Part shown: one piece after another, positions 39,317 through 49,030 of the stretch
Layout of the letters: every line of letters begins with the position of its first letter
Position numbering within the stretch: position 1 is the first letter of the stretch
Origin: Spirochaetia bacterium
GTDB lineage: Bacteria > Spirochaetota > Spirochaetia > CAKZLE01
Length of the DNA: 64,000 nucleotides
Assembly (NCBI GenBank): GCA_963677595.1
Contig: OY782041.1
Location: forward strand, 1,408,001 to 1,472,000
Direction: 5' to 3'
Translations under genes and position numbers: made by a program
The notes under the pieces: generated by a model
What the model was told of the DNA's origin: nothing
What the model saw: the letters and a program-made list of their open reading frames with translations, nothing else
Database searches by the model: none

Positions 39317-39799
39317 TTACTTCCCGAACAGCCATCTGAGGGGATAGCCCCAGGGGAGTTTTGCCACATGGAGCCCATATTTGAACAACAGGAACACGGC
39401 TATGATGAGCAGAATAAGGAAGAGATAGTGTTTCTTCTCCCTATCTGCTTGAATGAACAGGATGAAACAGCCTATCAAGGATGTGCTGATGATGAATCCC
39501 ACATACTTGAAGATGATCAGGTCAAGGATCAGGCCGGCAAATACTGCCAGTACCCGCAGTTCCTTCTTCAGCTCGATGCTCACATCTGAATCCTTGTGAA
39601 AGACCAGACTCATGATGATATTGCTAAAGCCGAACAGCAGTAAGAGCACCGCTGCCAGTCGAGGAAAGGTGCTGGGGCTCAAATGGACATTATCTTCACT
39701 GACAAACCCGATACCTATCTGAGTCCAACTGAAAACCAGAGCTATCACCCCGAACATCATCGAGATCACCCCAATAGACAGATTCTTCTTAAGTCTCAT
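39317..39799 (-). CDS. tctB: TTT small permease
   Basis: Four TM helices, PSTFPRL, VGFIIST, LPWG; position between tctC and tctA. Confidence 0.85.
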   Translation of the reverse strand: MRLKKNLSIGVISMMFGVIALVFSWTQIGIGFVSEDNVHLSPSTFPRLAAVLLLLFGFSNIIMSLVFHKDSDVSIELKKELRVLAVFAGLILDLIIFKYVGFIISTSLIGCFILFIQADREKKHYLFLILLIIAVFLLFKYGLHVAKLPWGYPLRWLFGK

Positions 39800-39866
39800 T
39801 CATTCCTTCCTTATCAGGTGCTCCCCCTTCTCAGAAAGGGGGAACATCTTGGTTCTCTAAACCAGT

Positions 39867-40862
39867 CTAGTTTCCTGCAAGTATAGCATTCACCTGCGGG
39901 ATCGACTTCACTTTCTCCTTGAGGATATTCTCCCCAAAACTATATGAGGAGTCTTCCAGCAGCGGCTGGCCGGCTTTCGCCCAATCAGCCTGAAAGTCCG
40001 GGTTCGCGTAGACTGTTGCAAGAGCCTCTCGCATGAACGATATGGCCTCAGGATTTGCATCTGACCGGATAGCCAGCATATTACATGAAGCATAGGAGAA
40101 ATCGATGCCCATGCTTTTCATGGTCGGTACTTCGATGGTTTTGTCATCGCCAAGATATTCATTCACCCCCACACCAATGATCGGCCGGATCTTTCCTGCC
40201 TTATAATACTCCTTCCCGGTAGGGTAGTCAGCAAGGACCATCTCCACATGTCCTCCCATCATATTCGCAAGACTCTCTGGGATAGAATTACCAACGACAT
40301 AATCCATCTTGATCCCTGAAGCCATCGTTGCAAGCTTCGTTGCCAGAAACCCGGCTGACCCTGGAGCACCTGTCCCGAATATGATCTTCTCAGTCTTGCC
40401 TTTTGCCATAACATCTTCCCAGGTCTTGTATTCAGAATCGCTGTTCACCCAGAAATACGGTTCAGTGTTACTCAAGGCTACCAATGGAACGAAACTCTCA
40501 TACGAGTAGTCCGCTTTCTGGACGATCGGACTGAATACCATATGATCGGCACTCAGGTTGACGATCGAATCAGAATCCTTGGAATCTGCTAAGTAAGTCT
40601 TGGTCCCAATGACGGTACCACCCCCGGGAATATTGTCAATGATGACATTCTTCCCTATCTCCTCTGATAGGTATTTTGCGACGATCCTGCTCTGCAGGTC
40701 CATCTGTCCCCCGGCAGATACCGGACAGACGAATGTCAGGGTATCACCTTGCGGGAACGGTACAGCATTCCCTTCAGCTGTCTCAGCTGAACCATTTGCC
40801 CATACCATGGATGCGGCCAACACTATGAGGATACAAACCATACCTGTGATTCTCTTCTTCAT
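39867..40862 (-). CDS. tctC: TTT substrate-binding protein
   Basis: Signal peptide; CPVSAGGQMDLQSR; NIPGGGTVIG; MMGGHVE. Confidence 0.88.
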   Translation of the reverse strand: MKKRITGMVCILIVLAASMVWANGSAETAEGNAVPFPQGDTLTFVCPVSAGGQMDLQSRIVAKYLSEEIGKNVIIDNIPGGGTVIGTKTYLADSKDSDSIVNLSADHMVFSPIVQKADYSYESFVPLVALSNTEPYFWVNSDSEYKTWEDVMAKGKTEKIIFGTGAPGSAGFLATKLATMASGIKMDYVVGNSIPESLANMMGGHVEMVLADYPTGKEYYKAGKIRPIIGVGVNEYLGDDKTIEVPTMKSMGIDFSYASCNMLAIRSDANPEAISFMREALATVYANPDFQADWAKAGQPLLEDSSYSFGENILKEKVKSIPQVNAILAGN

Positions 40863-40997
40863 TCTCTCTTCTCCTTTTGATTCTTCTATTATTTCCCAAG
40901 CGACCCTTACCATCAATGTTCTGTAGAATTAATTTCTCCAGCCATTGCTCATACATAAGGATTCTCTTGTAAAATCCATGTCATAACAGACCCTGCA

Positions 40998-42761
40998 TCA
41001 GTAATGCCGACCGTTCAGGACCGTGAAGTACCTAACCATCTCCTGCGATTCAGGGGGTATCACATCCTGTATCACGTTTCGGATCACATTGCTGTCCACG
41101 CTGTCAGTCTCTGCATGCTTCTGGATGGCTTCAACCAGTGAGGTCAAATCATCCTCCTCAATGAATCGCAGCAGACAGTAGTACATATTCTTTGCAGGAG
41201 TATCCCACGAGAGATGCCGCAGCCTGATCGGTATGGTATCGATGACATCCCCTTCATGGGACTTCCTTACCTCATCTACGGTAACCGCTTCATTCCTTGG
41301 CAGGTTGAATCGAACGTAGCTCTCTGTCGGCGCGTCATTCTTCTTCATCAAGGCAATCATGTTCTGCATCAGTTCGGTCTCAATCGTATAATCGGTGAGA
41401 GGAGCCTCCTGGAAAGGATCCTCAGACAAGTCATAGAGCCGGGTCCCGTAGTTCGCTGGATTGGTCTTTCCAGGTCTTGCCTTGATACGCATCGTCTGGC
41501 AGCCTTTCGTGAAATCGAAGGGAGGAGCCAACGAAATAGTCTGCAGCTCCGCAGGGCTGAACATGCAGCGCATGTGAGTAGGCATCAGGGTATAGTCATA
41601 CAGCATCTCGTCCAGGTGGTTCTTCGGGGAACGCATATAGACATACCTGCCGTCCGTGATATTCACATGTGATTCATGGTAGCCGAATAGAATATGCTCA
41701 TGGACAGGTTCATCCTGCTCGATAGTCCTGCGCAGGGATTCCCCCATCATCTCCTTAGGCTTCTCGATAGAGAAGAAATCCAGGATGGTCGCAGGGATAT
41801 CGATGGTCTGGGTCAGTTTGGCTGACCTGTCATTCTTTGCTTTGACCTGCGGGAAATGAATGAACAGCGGGGTACGGGCGATCTCCTCATAGATCGGCAT
41901 GACCGCTTTCCCCCACCATCCATGCTCACCTAACAGGTAGCCATGATCCGTGTTGACCACGAGCAGGGTATCTTCCCACATATTGTGCTGATCCATGAAA
42001 TCGAGGACCTTCCCCAGATACCGGTCACACATGGTAATGAGTGCAGCATAGGAATTCTTGATATAGTCGATCTCCTCACCCGTTTCTGTGACAAAGTAAT
42101 TCAATGGCCAATCGGATAAGTCAAGGACCTCAGCATCCAGCTCATTCTTGACATTCTCCGGGATGAAGAACGGTTCATGGGGATCGAAGGTCTCGATCTG
42201 CAGGAACCAGTTATCAGCATCAACATTCCTTTCAAGGAACTCAAGGCCCCTGGTGAAGGTGACCGCCTGCGGCATCTTTTCCAATTCATCGATATAGCTT
42301 CTGTTCGCCTGGTCATGGATATGCAGTCTTGCTGACTCCTGCATATGCGGCTCCTGCTGAAATGCTCGGATCAGTTCAGGCGTCACGATCCAGGGATCGC
42401 CCTCCTGTCCCCTTGAGGTCTCCCAGGAATTATACCGTGTATGGTAGGTACAGCCGCCATCTTCCCAGTAATGGGCATGGTCACTTACGAGATGTGTATA
42501 TACCCCGTTTGATTTCAGGATCTCGGGCATGGAATTGTCAAAAGGCTCCATCGGTCCCCAGCTTCTATGGAGGAAATTATATCTGCCGGTATGCAGTTCC
42601 CGTCTTGCAGGCATACACGGCATACTGCCAACATAATTACAGTCAAACGTCACTGCCTTCTCTGCCAACCGATTGAAGTTTGGGGTCTTTATACCTTTAC
42701 ATCCATATGGTTCAAGATACTTGCGATTTAATGAATCAAACATGACCATGATAGCTTTCAT
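40998..42761 (-). CDS. Cys-type formylglycine-dependent sulfatase (cytoplasmic)
   Basis: MFDSLN, CMPARRELHTGR (CxPxR), FDPHEPF, NTDHGYLLGEH...K. Confidence 0.93.
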   Translation of the reverse strand: MKAIMVMFDSLNRKYLEPYGCKGIKTPNFNRLAEKAVTFDCNYVGSMPCMPARRELHTGRYNFLHRSWGPMEPFDNSMPEILKSNGVYTHLVSDHAHYWEDGGCTYHTRYNSWETSRGQEGDPWIVTPELIRAFQQEPHMQESARLHIHDQANRSYIDELEKMPQAVTFTRGLEFLERNVDADNWFLQIETFDPHEPFFIPENVKNELDAEVLDLSDWPLNYFVTETGEEIDYIKNSYAALITMCDRYLGKVLDFMDQHNMWEDTLLVVNTDHGYLLGEHGWWGKAVMPIYEEIARTPLFIHFPQVKAKNDRSAKLTQTIDIPATILDFFSIEKPKEMMGESLRRTIEQDEPVHEHILFGYHESHVNITDGRYVYMRSPKNHLDEMLYDYTLMPTHMRCMFSPAELQTISLAPPFDFTKGCQTMRIKARPGKTNPANYGTRLYDLSEDPFQEAPLTDYTIETELMQNMIALMKKNDAPTESYVRFNLPRNEAVTVDEVRKSHEGDVIDTIPIRLRHLSWDTPAKNMYYCLLRFIEEDDLTSLVEAIQKHAETDSVDSNVIRNVIQDVIPPESQEMVRYFTVLNGRHY

Positions 42762-42845
42762 ATATGCCTCTTTATCCAATCTCTCTATATTTGTTACATC
42801 TCAGTTACGTTGGTATATTCATTAAACATCCAGTCTGCTATAATG

Positions 42846-42887
42846 TCCAATAACAATAACTGGTAGATCGATCAGTTTTTCTTATCG
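42846..42887. promoter_or_regulatory. Candidate LysR site, copy 1
   Basis: ATCGATCAGTTTTTCTTATCG (42867-42887), with TCCAATA starting 21 bp earlier. Confidence 0.62.
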
Positions 42888-42913
42888 GTAATATGTAAGA
42901 TAGGAGATATATC

Positions 42914-43819
42914 ATGATCCACAGATACCTGGAACAGTTCAAAGCCATCGCTGAGACCAATTCGATGCGTCAGGCTTCCGAAGCTCTACACGTCTCACAG
43001 CCGGCTCTCTCCCGGAGTATAAAGATCCTTGAGGATCTCATGGACACACAACTCTTCACACGGAAGAATAAAGGCATCGAACTCAATGAATACGGCAAGA
43101 TCCTGTATCAGCAGGTTTGTTCCATGGATAAGGACTTCATGTATGCCGTCAATGAGATCGAGTTCAAGAAGAGAAACAAGGCAAGGGAACTGAAACTTGG
43201 GGCGGGGTTCGTTTGGCAATACTCGATCTTCCCTGAAGTGTTCAGCAGATACAATGACAGTTTCCCGGACGTGAACATATCCCTGGTCACCGGGTATTCA
43301 CAGAGATTGTACAAGCAGTTCCTTGAAGGGGAATTTGATATCATATTCTGCGATCTGGATCCCCTGGAGCAGATCAAGGGGGTAGTATTCAAACATATGT
43401 TTGATGTCCATTTCTCCTTCTTCGCGGCAGAATCCCACCCCATTTTCACAGAGCCGTCGATAACAAAAGACGATCTGCCGTCGTATGATCTCGCAATGTT
43501 CTCTCACAGTAATCGGGCCGATATCGGGGCAACACAGCATATGAGTGCGAACCTGCTGAAACATATCAAATTCACCAGCGGTTCAATATACAACTTACTG
43601 GCAGTGGTCAGCACCACGCATTATATCACTACCCTTCCCCTGGAGATCACCGCCTATGCCGCGCAGTTCGGCATCAGGGAGATCAACCCTGAGTTCAGGA
43701 TAAACCCATTCCCCAGCGGTGTCATATACCGGGAGAACTCGATCATCCAGGACCATATTCATGGGTTCCTGGACCTGACTCAGCAGCAGGTAGATACACT
43801 GCAGATGGGGATCCTATAA
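42914..43819 (+). CDS. LysR family regulator
   Basis: ASEALHVSQPALSRSIKILE...LFTR; divergent from the sulfatase. Confidence 0.93.
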   Translation: MIHRYLEQFKAIAETNSMRQASEALHVSQPALSRSIKILEDLMDTQLFTRKNKGIELNEYGKILYQQVCSMDKDFMYAVNEIEFKKRNKARELKLGAGFVWQYSIFPEVFSRYNDSFPDVNISLVTGYSQRLYKQFLEGEFDIIFCDLDPLEQIKGVVFKHMFDVHFSFFAAESHPIFTEPSITKDDLPSYDLAMFSHSNRADIGATQHMSANLLKHIKFTSGSIYNLLAVVSTTHYITTLPLEITAYAAQFGIREINPEFRINPFPSGVIYRENSIIQDHIHGFLDLTQQQVDTLQMGIL

Positions 43820-43839
43820 TCATGGTGTAGAAATACTTC

Positions 43840-44334
43840 TTATCGACTTTTTGAAGTATATATGCGGATGATGCCCATACTGTTCACAAGCAGGCTCAAG
43901 GAGTCATTGAGGATCGCACCATAACTCCTCAGGCTGATATTGACCAGCAGCCACATGAGGGTGCACAACCCCAGGAGGACCCTCATCCTGACCCCTTTCT
44001 GGCAGAATAATGCATACCCGCTCAGCAGGCTCCCAAACATAGGAAATATGTCAGTACGAGTGGAGAATAACACTATCCCGATGGTGATCTGTACAAGGGC
44101 AAACGGCAGGAACCAGGGGAATCCATGTTTCCTTGCAGCAATCTGGTTCCTGATACTGTTGAATGCGAGGTTCACTCCTGCCACATAGGAGGCAAGCAGC
44201 ACATAGTGGACTGATAACAGTCCGGCAGAAATAGCGATACACAATTTCAGAGTCGTATCTTTCTTGTTCAGATATCCGTATGTGGTAACAAAGAAAGCAC
44301 AGAACCCCAGTGTCTTTGCTATATAGACTTCCAT
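43840..44334 (-). CDS. YgjV-like inner membrane protein
   Basis: 164 aa, hydrophobic; HYVLL, IRN, GVRMRV, WLLVNI. Confidence 0.75.
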   Translation of the reverse strand: MEVYIAKTLGFCAFFVTTYGYLNKKDTTLKLCIAISAGLLSVHYVLLASYVAGVNLAFNSIRNQIAARKHGFPWFLPFALVQITIGIVLFSTRTDIFPMFGSLLSGYALFCQKGVRMRVLLGLCTLMWLLVNISLRSYGAILNDSLSLLVNSMGIIRIYTSKSR

Positions 44335-44502
44335 CGACTTTCCTTGCAGCTTTCAAGCACCATGAAAAGGTCAGTTCCTAACCCAGCAAGTGGATTAGGA
44401 ACCTCTCATCATTCGCAATCTTCTTTTTTTGTGTGTAAGTAAAAATATGAAGACTTTGAGAACTTTTGATTATCTACAGTACATACCAGCAGCCTTGATA
44501 AA

Positions 44503-44544
44503 TCCAATATAATTTTCTTTGAAATCGATCAGTATTTCTTATCG
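44503..44544. promoter_or_regulatory. Candidate LysR site, copy 2
   Basis: ATCGATCAGTATTTCTTATCG (44524-44544, 20/21 identical to copy 1), with TCCAATA at the same offset. Confidence 0.62.
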
Positions 44545-44759
44545 ATCCTGTTGAGATCATAAGTTCACATATCTCGAGGAGGATAATCGCATAAAAGCCA
44601 CAGGCAGACAGCCTTATGGGGTTATGGCGGGGATATAAGAAGAGGAATACCTGTTTGGGGGATCTTCACGGAAGCTGGTTCGCTTCTTTAGCCGGTTCCC
44701 TTTCCCGGGAACCGGGGTTTGTGGTATCTATGGTAAAAGACAGGGGCGAAAAAGCCTAT

Positions 44760-45410
44760 TCAGCAAATCTCCAACCGGCAGTTCTCACCATACACCCCGA
44801 TATGCGCACCCTTCTTTGCAGCAGGCCCTTCTGCATGGGCAAGCATCCACTTGTTCTTCATCCAGAGCTTGCCGTCAGGACCCCCGTCAAGCGGGGTGTT
44901 CGTCCCTGCTGGCAGGATGATGACCGCCGTGAACTGCTTCTCATCAACCCGGCAGGGAGCGAGATGGAGTGTGGTGGAATAGAGCTCTGCAATGGTCCCT
45001 TTCGGGAGGTAGACGTATTCGGTCAGCGCAGAGTCCCAGCCCTGCTCCGGATCGACGTCCTGCAGCTGCCCGAGCATCAGCACCAGGTCTGTCGCGGCAC
45101 CGATCACCTCACTGGACTTATGGTATTCCATCCCGTTGAGCAGGGTGTTGTACCCAAAACAGCAGCCTGCCTCCACGGGGATCTCCCCGAAGACATGCCT
45201 GCTGATCTCCCTGACCACCCCGAACCCTTCGAGTTGGTCGTTCGAGGCCTCGTAACCGGTAGCCCCTTCCTCAGCATGGAAGATACGGCATGCATGATCG
45301 AGCAGCTCTCCCGCATCAAGCGAGAGGATCTCGCCATACTCACGGAACTTCCGATCATGGACATCGAGGATCTCTTTTGTGGGGTTGCCTGCCCGTAATC
45401 GTGCTAGCAT
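44760..45410 (-). CDS. DUF4867 family protein (SftX/SqvB-like, typical of sulfoglycolysis clusters)
   Basis: NGMEYHKSSE, ELYSTTLHLAPC, LPAGTN, NKWMLAH; overlaps the SQase stop. Confidence 0.82.
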   Translation of the reverse strand: MLARLRAGNPTKEILDVHDRKFREYGEILSLDAGELLDHACRIFHAEEGATGYEASNDQLEGFGVVREISRHVFGEIPVEAGCCFGYNTLLNGMEYHKSSEVIGAATDLVLMLGQLQDVDPEQGWDSALTEYVYLPKGTIAELYSTTLHLAPCRVDEKQFTAVIILPAGTNTPLDGGPDGKLWMKNKWMLAHAEGPAAKKGAHIGVYGENCRLEIC

Positions 45411-47407
45411 GAGCGCAGTCCCTCGAACACTGACGTGAAATCTGACCCCTTCCTGAAGAAGACCGGCGGTTCCCCATAGGGAGCGGGGACCGTGACGGTC
45501 ACCCCTCCCTCGAACTCATCACCTGACCAGAGGTGTACCCACCTTCCCTTAGGGAGCCGGGCATTCATGAGCTTCCGCTTCTTGTAGATGACCGGTGCTA
45601 CCAGGAGGTCTCGCCCGTACAGGTACTGATACGGCCACTTCTCAAGTTCCTTCCGCTCCTGCGGGTATTCCAGGTGCACCATCCTCATCGGCGGGATCCC
45701 GGTCTCCTGGTACTCCTCGGCCAGCGCCATATGGTAGGGCTTCAGGGCGGCATAGACCCTGGTCATCCGTCCGACCTGCCCAAGGACCTCATCGTCACTG
45801 TCGAACTGCACGTTGTTCTGGGGCCGGTTCCCCTCGTGGGAACGCATGATCTGGGTGAATGCCGCATACTCGGCCCACCGGATCAGCAGTTCCTTGGAAC
45901 GCTTCTTGCTCCCGAGGGTCGTGTACCCGCCGACATCGGAGTGGACATAGCCTACCCCGGCGACCCCCATCATGAGGGATGCATTGATCGCCGAGGGGAA
46001 CCCGTCCTCCTTCGTCCAGTCGACGAGCTGGTCACCGGTCCAGAACGAGGACATATACTTGATCGCCTTCGATGAGGTAGACCGCATGAAGAAGATCACC
46101 TCATCCTCCATACCTGCCTCCTGGATCGCCTCATGGTTGATCCTGGCCCAGTCCTCGGGGTACCGGTTATGGTAGGTCATCGGGCTCTCCCCGGAAGACA
46201 GCGTGCTGTCCGACGGGATATACTCCCCGAAATCTGCCATCCAGCCGGAGATCCCCTGCTCGATCAGGTTCTTCTTGATGATCCCCTTCAGCCATTCACA
46301 GGCCTCGGGATTGGTGAAGTCGACGAGCATCGCCGGGTCGAAGGGGACATAGACCGGGTAGTTCTCCCCCTCCCGGTTCTTGATCAGGTACCCCTTCCGG
46401 TCTGCCTCATCGAACATCTCGCTCCCCGGTGTGAGGAAGGTATTCGTGTAGGCAAGGAACCTGACGCCCTTCTTGCGCAGTTCCTTGATGTACTGGGGAA
46501 GGTCCGGATAGAGTTTCTGGTCGTACTCCCAGCACCACCGCAGCTGCTTACCGAACGAGGTCATCCTGATCCCTTCCCAGTCCTGGCACCAGATAGCCCC
46601 AATCCTGAAGTCATGCTTCAGGGCTTTGCCGACCTTCTCCTCAGCGATGGCCTTCCCGCCCTGCATGCCGATCCACATACCGTCATAGACCCAGTGGGGC
46701 AGCCTCGGCTGCCGTCCTATCAGGTCAGAGAGGTGGGTCAGGGCTTTTTTCATCGTCCCTGCTATCCCTATATGGATGACCTGGGGGATCTCCCAGCAGT
46801 AGAAGGTGTTCTTCTCCTGCTGTGTCAGGTTCAACCGGCCGAAGGCACTGGTCTCGGCATAGAAATAGAGGCCGGCTGACGTGATCCACGCCGGCTGGGC
46901 AAAGTTCGTGTTATACCACTTCGGCAGGTGGCCTGTCTTCGCGGCGACACTGAGTGTGAAGAGGTCGAGGCGTCTTCCCACCCCGGGTTCCGAGATCCAT
47001 AAGGGGGCGTTGCTGCCCCTGAGGTTCTGCCGGTCGAAGAGTTCCCCCCCGCCGTAGACTCCCTCATCGGTAAGGGCCCCGAGGTGGAGCCGGTACCGGT
47101 TGTACTGGAGGTCGAGCAGCCAGCTTCTCACCAGTACCTGGTTCCCGTCCTCCTGCTCCTCGAGGACCACATGGAGCATGCCGGGGAAGGAGATCTCCAT
47201 CTTCTTCTCCGACTCGATCTTTATCCTGGCCTTCGGCATGGCAGCCCATGCGACCTTGTTCTCCTTGACCTTGAAGACGCCGGAATGGGACTCTACCCTG
47301 GATACCCCGATCCCGACCTGAAAACAGGGGTGCTCCGACGTATGGTGAAGGATCTCCCTCTCCCCTATCGAGAGGCTGAACCCCTTATCGATCTCTCTGC
47401 ACTGCAT
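45404..47407 (-). CDS. yihQ: Sulfoquinovosidase (GH31)
   Basis: SEPGVGR, GMQGG, QDWEGIRMTSFGKQLRW, WMADFGEY, GDQLVDW, DVGGYT, RSHEGNRP. Confidence 0.92.
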   Translation of the reverse strand: MQCREIDKGFSLSIGEREILHHTSEHPCFQVGIGVSRVESHSGVFKVKENKVAWAAMPKARIKIESEKKMEISFPGMLHVVLEEQEDGNQVLVRSWLLDLQYNRYRLHLGALTDEGVYGGGELFDRQNLRGSNAPLWISEPGVGRRLDLFTLSVAAKTGHLPKWYNTNFAQPAWITSAGLYFYAETSAFGRLNLTQQEKNTFYCWEIPQVIHIGIAGTMKKALTHLSDLIGRQPRLPHWVYDGMWIGMQGGKAIAEEKVGKALKHDFRIGAIWCQDWEGIRMTSFGKQLRWCWEYDQKLYPDLPQYIKELRKKGVRFLAYTNTFLTPGSEMFDEADRKGYLIKNREGENYPVYVPFDPAMLVDFTNPEACEWLKGIIKKNLIEQGISGWMADFGEYIPSDSTLSSGESPMTYHNRYPEDWARINHEAIQEAGMEDEVIFFMRSTSSKAIKYMSSFWTGDQLVDWTKEDGFPSAINASLMMGVAGVGYVHSDVGGYTTLGSKKRSKELLIRWAEYAAFTQIMRSHEGNRPQNNVQFDSDDEVLGQVGRMTRVYAALKPYHMALAEEYQETGIPPMRMVHLEYPQERKELEKWPYQYLYGRDLLVAPVIYKKRKLMNARLPKGRWVHLWSGDEFEGGVTVTVPAPYGEPPVFFRKGSDFTSVFEGLRSC

Positions 47408-48724
47408 CTACTCGATGACCTCCCAGCCTTTGATCTTAGCCAGTAACCTGAACGGCCTGACGTAATCACCATAGACGACTGACGCATGGTGGGCAATACC
47501 CTTGTCGACCACCGTCTGCAGGACATCCTTCACATGCCTGGTGAAGCGTGCCTTCATATAGGTTCCCCGCAGCTCCTTCTCCATCGGGATCACCGTCCCC
47601 TGGGCAAGGAATACCCGGTAGTCGGTACCGGCAGAGTCGAGCCTGAGGACGGATACGTCCCCATCCTTGAGGACGAAGTCAGCCGTGACTCCCTTCCCGC
47701 CGGCGAAGTAGGTCGAGAGCGACCGTGTGCATCGCCCGTCCCACAGGTTGCAGGGAGCGACACCGCAGTGCCAGAGCAGGGCGGAATCCTCCTCGAAATC
47801 GACCTGGGAGAAATCGAAGAGGTAGGGAGTCTCAGCCCCGACCGCCTGGTGGGCGATCATGGAGAGCGCCCCTTCGATGTCCCCTTCGCAGGAGAGGATC
47901 CTCCCCTCGCTCTGGAGGATGGACATCGCGGCACAGGGGGAGATCCCGAACTCAGCGGCGAACTCCGGCCAGCAGCGTACGGCCATGGCTGTTACCCCAT
48001 GCTCATCCATGAAGCCGTTGAGCTTCGCCGTGAGTTCCGCTACCCGTGTCACCTGGTAGTCATTGAGCTCGCTGACATCGAAGATCTTCTTCACCTGGGC
48101 GAGCCGCTCCTGCAGCTGCTCATCGGTGATCTTGTAGTCCCAGACCTGCCCGAGCTCGAAGTGGTTGATGAGGATCCCCATCTGTTCATAGACGTTGAGG
48201 TCATAGACCCCAAGGTTGAAGAACCCCTTTGCCCGATAACCGAGGACACCGAGGCTGGTGTTCCTGAAGGCGGCATCGACCCTGATCGCGTCGACCCACT
48301 CCTCATCTATCGTCTCACCGACATTCACTGTGTAGGTCCTGATCCCGCTCTTGTAGAGGTTCGAGGCATTGAGGTTGACCCCGCAGACCGAGTTGAGCCT
48401 GATCTTGCCGCCGTTATAGGGGAGCTCGGGCAGTCCCCACAGGAGCAGTGGCGCATGGAGCACCTTGTCGAGCTCAAGCACCAGGTGCCCGAGGTGGAAT
48501 GTGCCGCTGATGACCACCAAGCCGTCTATCTGCTGCCCAGCCAGGTACCGGGCTGCCGCCTTTGCCTCATCAACCTCTATGACGAGGCTCTCCACGGCAC
48601 AGACCTCGACAGCCTCTACCTCCCTGATCGAGTGTAGTATCTCTGTATAGAGTTCGCCTGCCGCCTCGAAATCGAAGGTGGTCCTTGCCAGGCAGACAAC
48701 TCCTAATCGTACGTTCGCTTTCAT
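47408..48724 (-). CDS. sqvD: Fucose/arabinose isomerase-like sulfoquinovose isomerase (SqvD/SftI-type)
   Basis: LARTTFD, SGTFHLG, GKIRLNSVCG, RCWPEF, CEGD, WHCG, AHH; adjacent to the SQase. Confidence 0.82.
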   Translation of the reverse strand: MKANVRLGVVCLARTTFDFEAAGELYTEILHSIREVEAVEVCAVESLVIEVDEAKAAARYLAGQQIDGLVVISGTFHLGHLVLELDKVLHAPLLLWGLPELPYNGGKIRLNSVCGVNLNASNLYKSGIRTYTVNVGETIDEEWVDAIRVDAAFRNTSLGVLGYRAKGFFNLGVYDLNVYEQMGILINHFELGQVWDYKITDEQLQERLAQVKKIFDVSELNDYQVTRVAELTAKLNGFMDEHGVTAMAVRCWPEFAAEFGISPCAAMSILQSEGRILSCEGDIEGALSMIAHQAVGAETPYLFDFSQVDFEEDSALLWHCGVAPCNLWDGRCTRSLSTYFAGGKGVTADFVLKDGDVSVLRLDSAGTDYRVFLAQGTVIPMEKELRGTYMKARFTRHVKDVLQTVVDKGIAHHASVVYGDYVRPFRLLAKIKGWEVIE

Positions 48725-48747
48725 GGATCCATACTCCTGCTTTTTAT

Positions 48748-48768
48748 TTAGTTTCACTAAGTAAGTAA
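48748..48768. promoter_or_regulatory. Cluster operator upstream of the isomerase operon
   Basis: TTAGTTTC-ACTAA-GTAAGTAA (two mismatches to TTACTTAC-N5-GTAAGTAA). Confidence 0.75.
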
Positions 48769-48798
48769 AACATGGAACCATGGTTATGTCAATCTAAA

Positions 48799-48834
48799 TC
48801 AGGTGATTAATCCCATGAAATCATAATGAGTCAT
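48799..48834 (-). pseudogene. Possible N-terminal remnant of a PemK/MazF toxin
   Basis: MTHYDFMGLIT* starts within the antitoxin 3' end, where the coupled toxin normally begins. Confidence 0.4.
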
Positions 48835-49003
48835 AGACAGCATCCTCGTCGTTATCCCAGACTTGTGCAAAGGATGCTTCCGAAGCTTGCGCCCATTCCT
48901 GGTCTCTTGATCGGATGAAATCGATGAAATCATTGATCTCTGAAAGGTTTTCAGGGGAAACCTGTTCCAATTTCCTGATCACATCTTCTACTCGTATTTG
49001 CAT
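48821..49003 (-). CDS. DUF2281-like antitoxin
   Basis: EINDFIDFI and ASEASFAQVWDNDEDAVYDSL; GGAGG RBS. Confidence 0.75.
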   Translation of the reverse strand: MQIRVEDVIRKLEQVSPENLSEINDFIDFIRSRDQEWAQASEASFAQVWDNDEDAVYDSL

Positions 49004-49030
49004 ATATCCTCCCCATGCCAGGCAGGCCTA

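Noticed and set aside
44692-44715. Hairpin CCGGTTCCC/GGGAACCGG after the DUF4867 gene
   Set aside because: It may end the operon, but no U-tract supports a terminator call.
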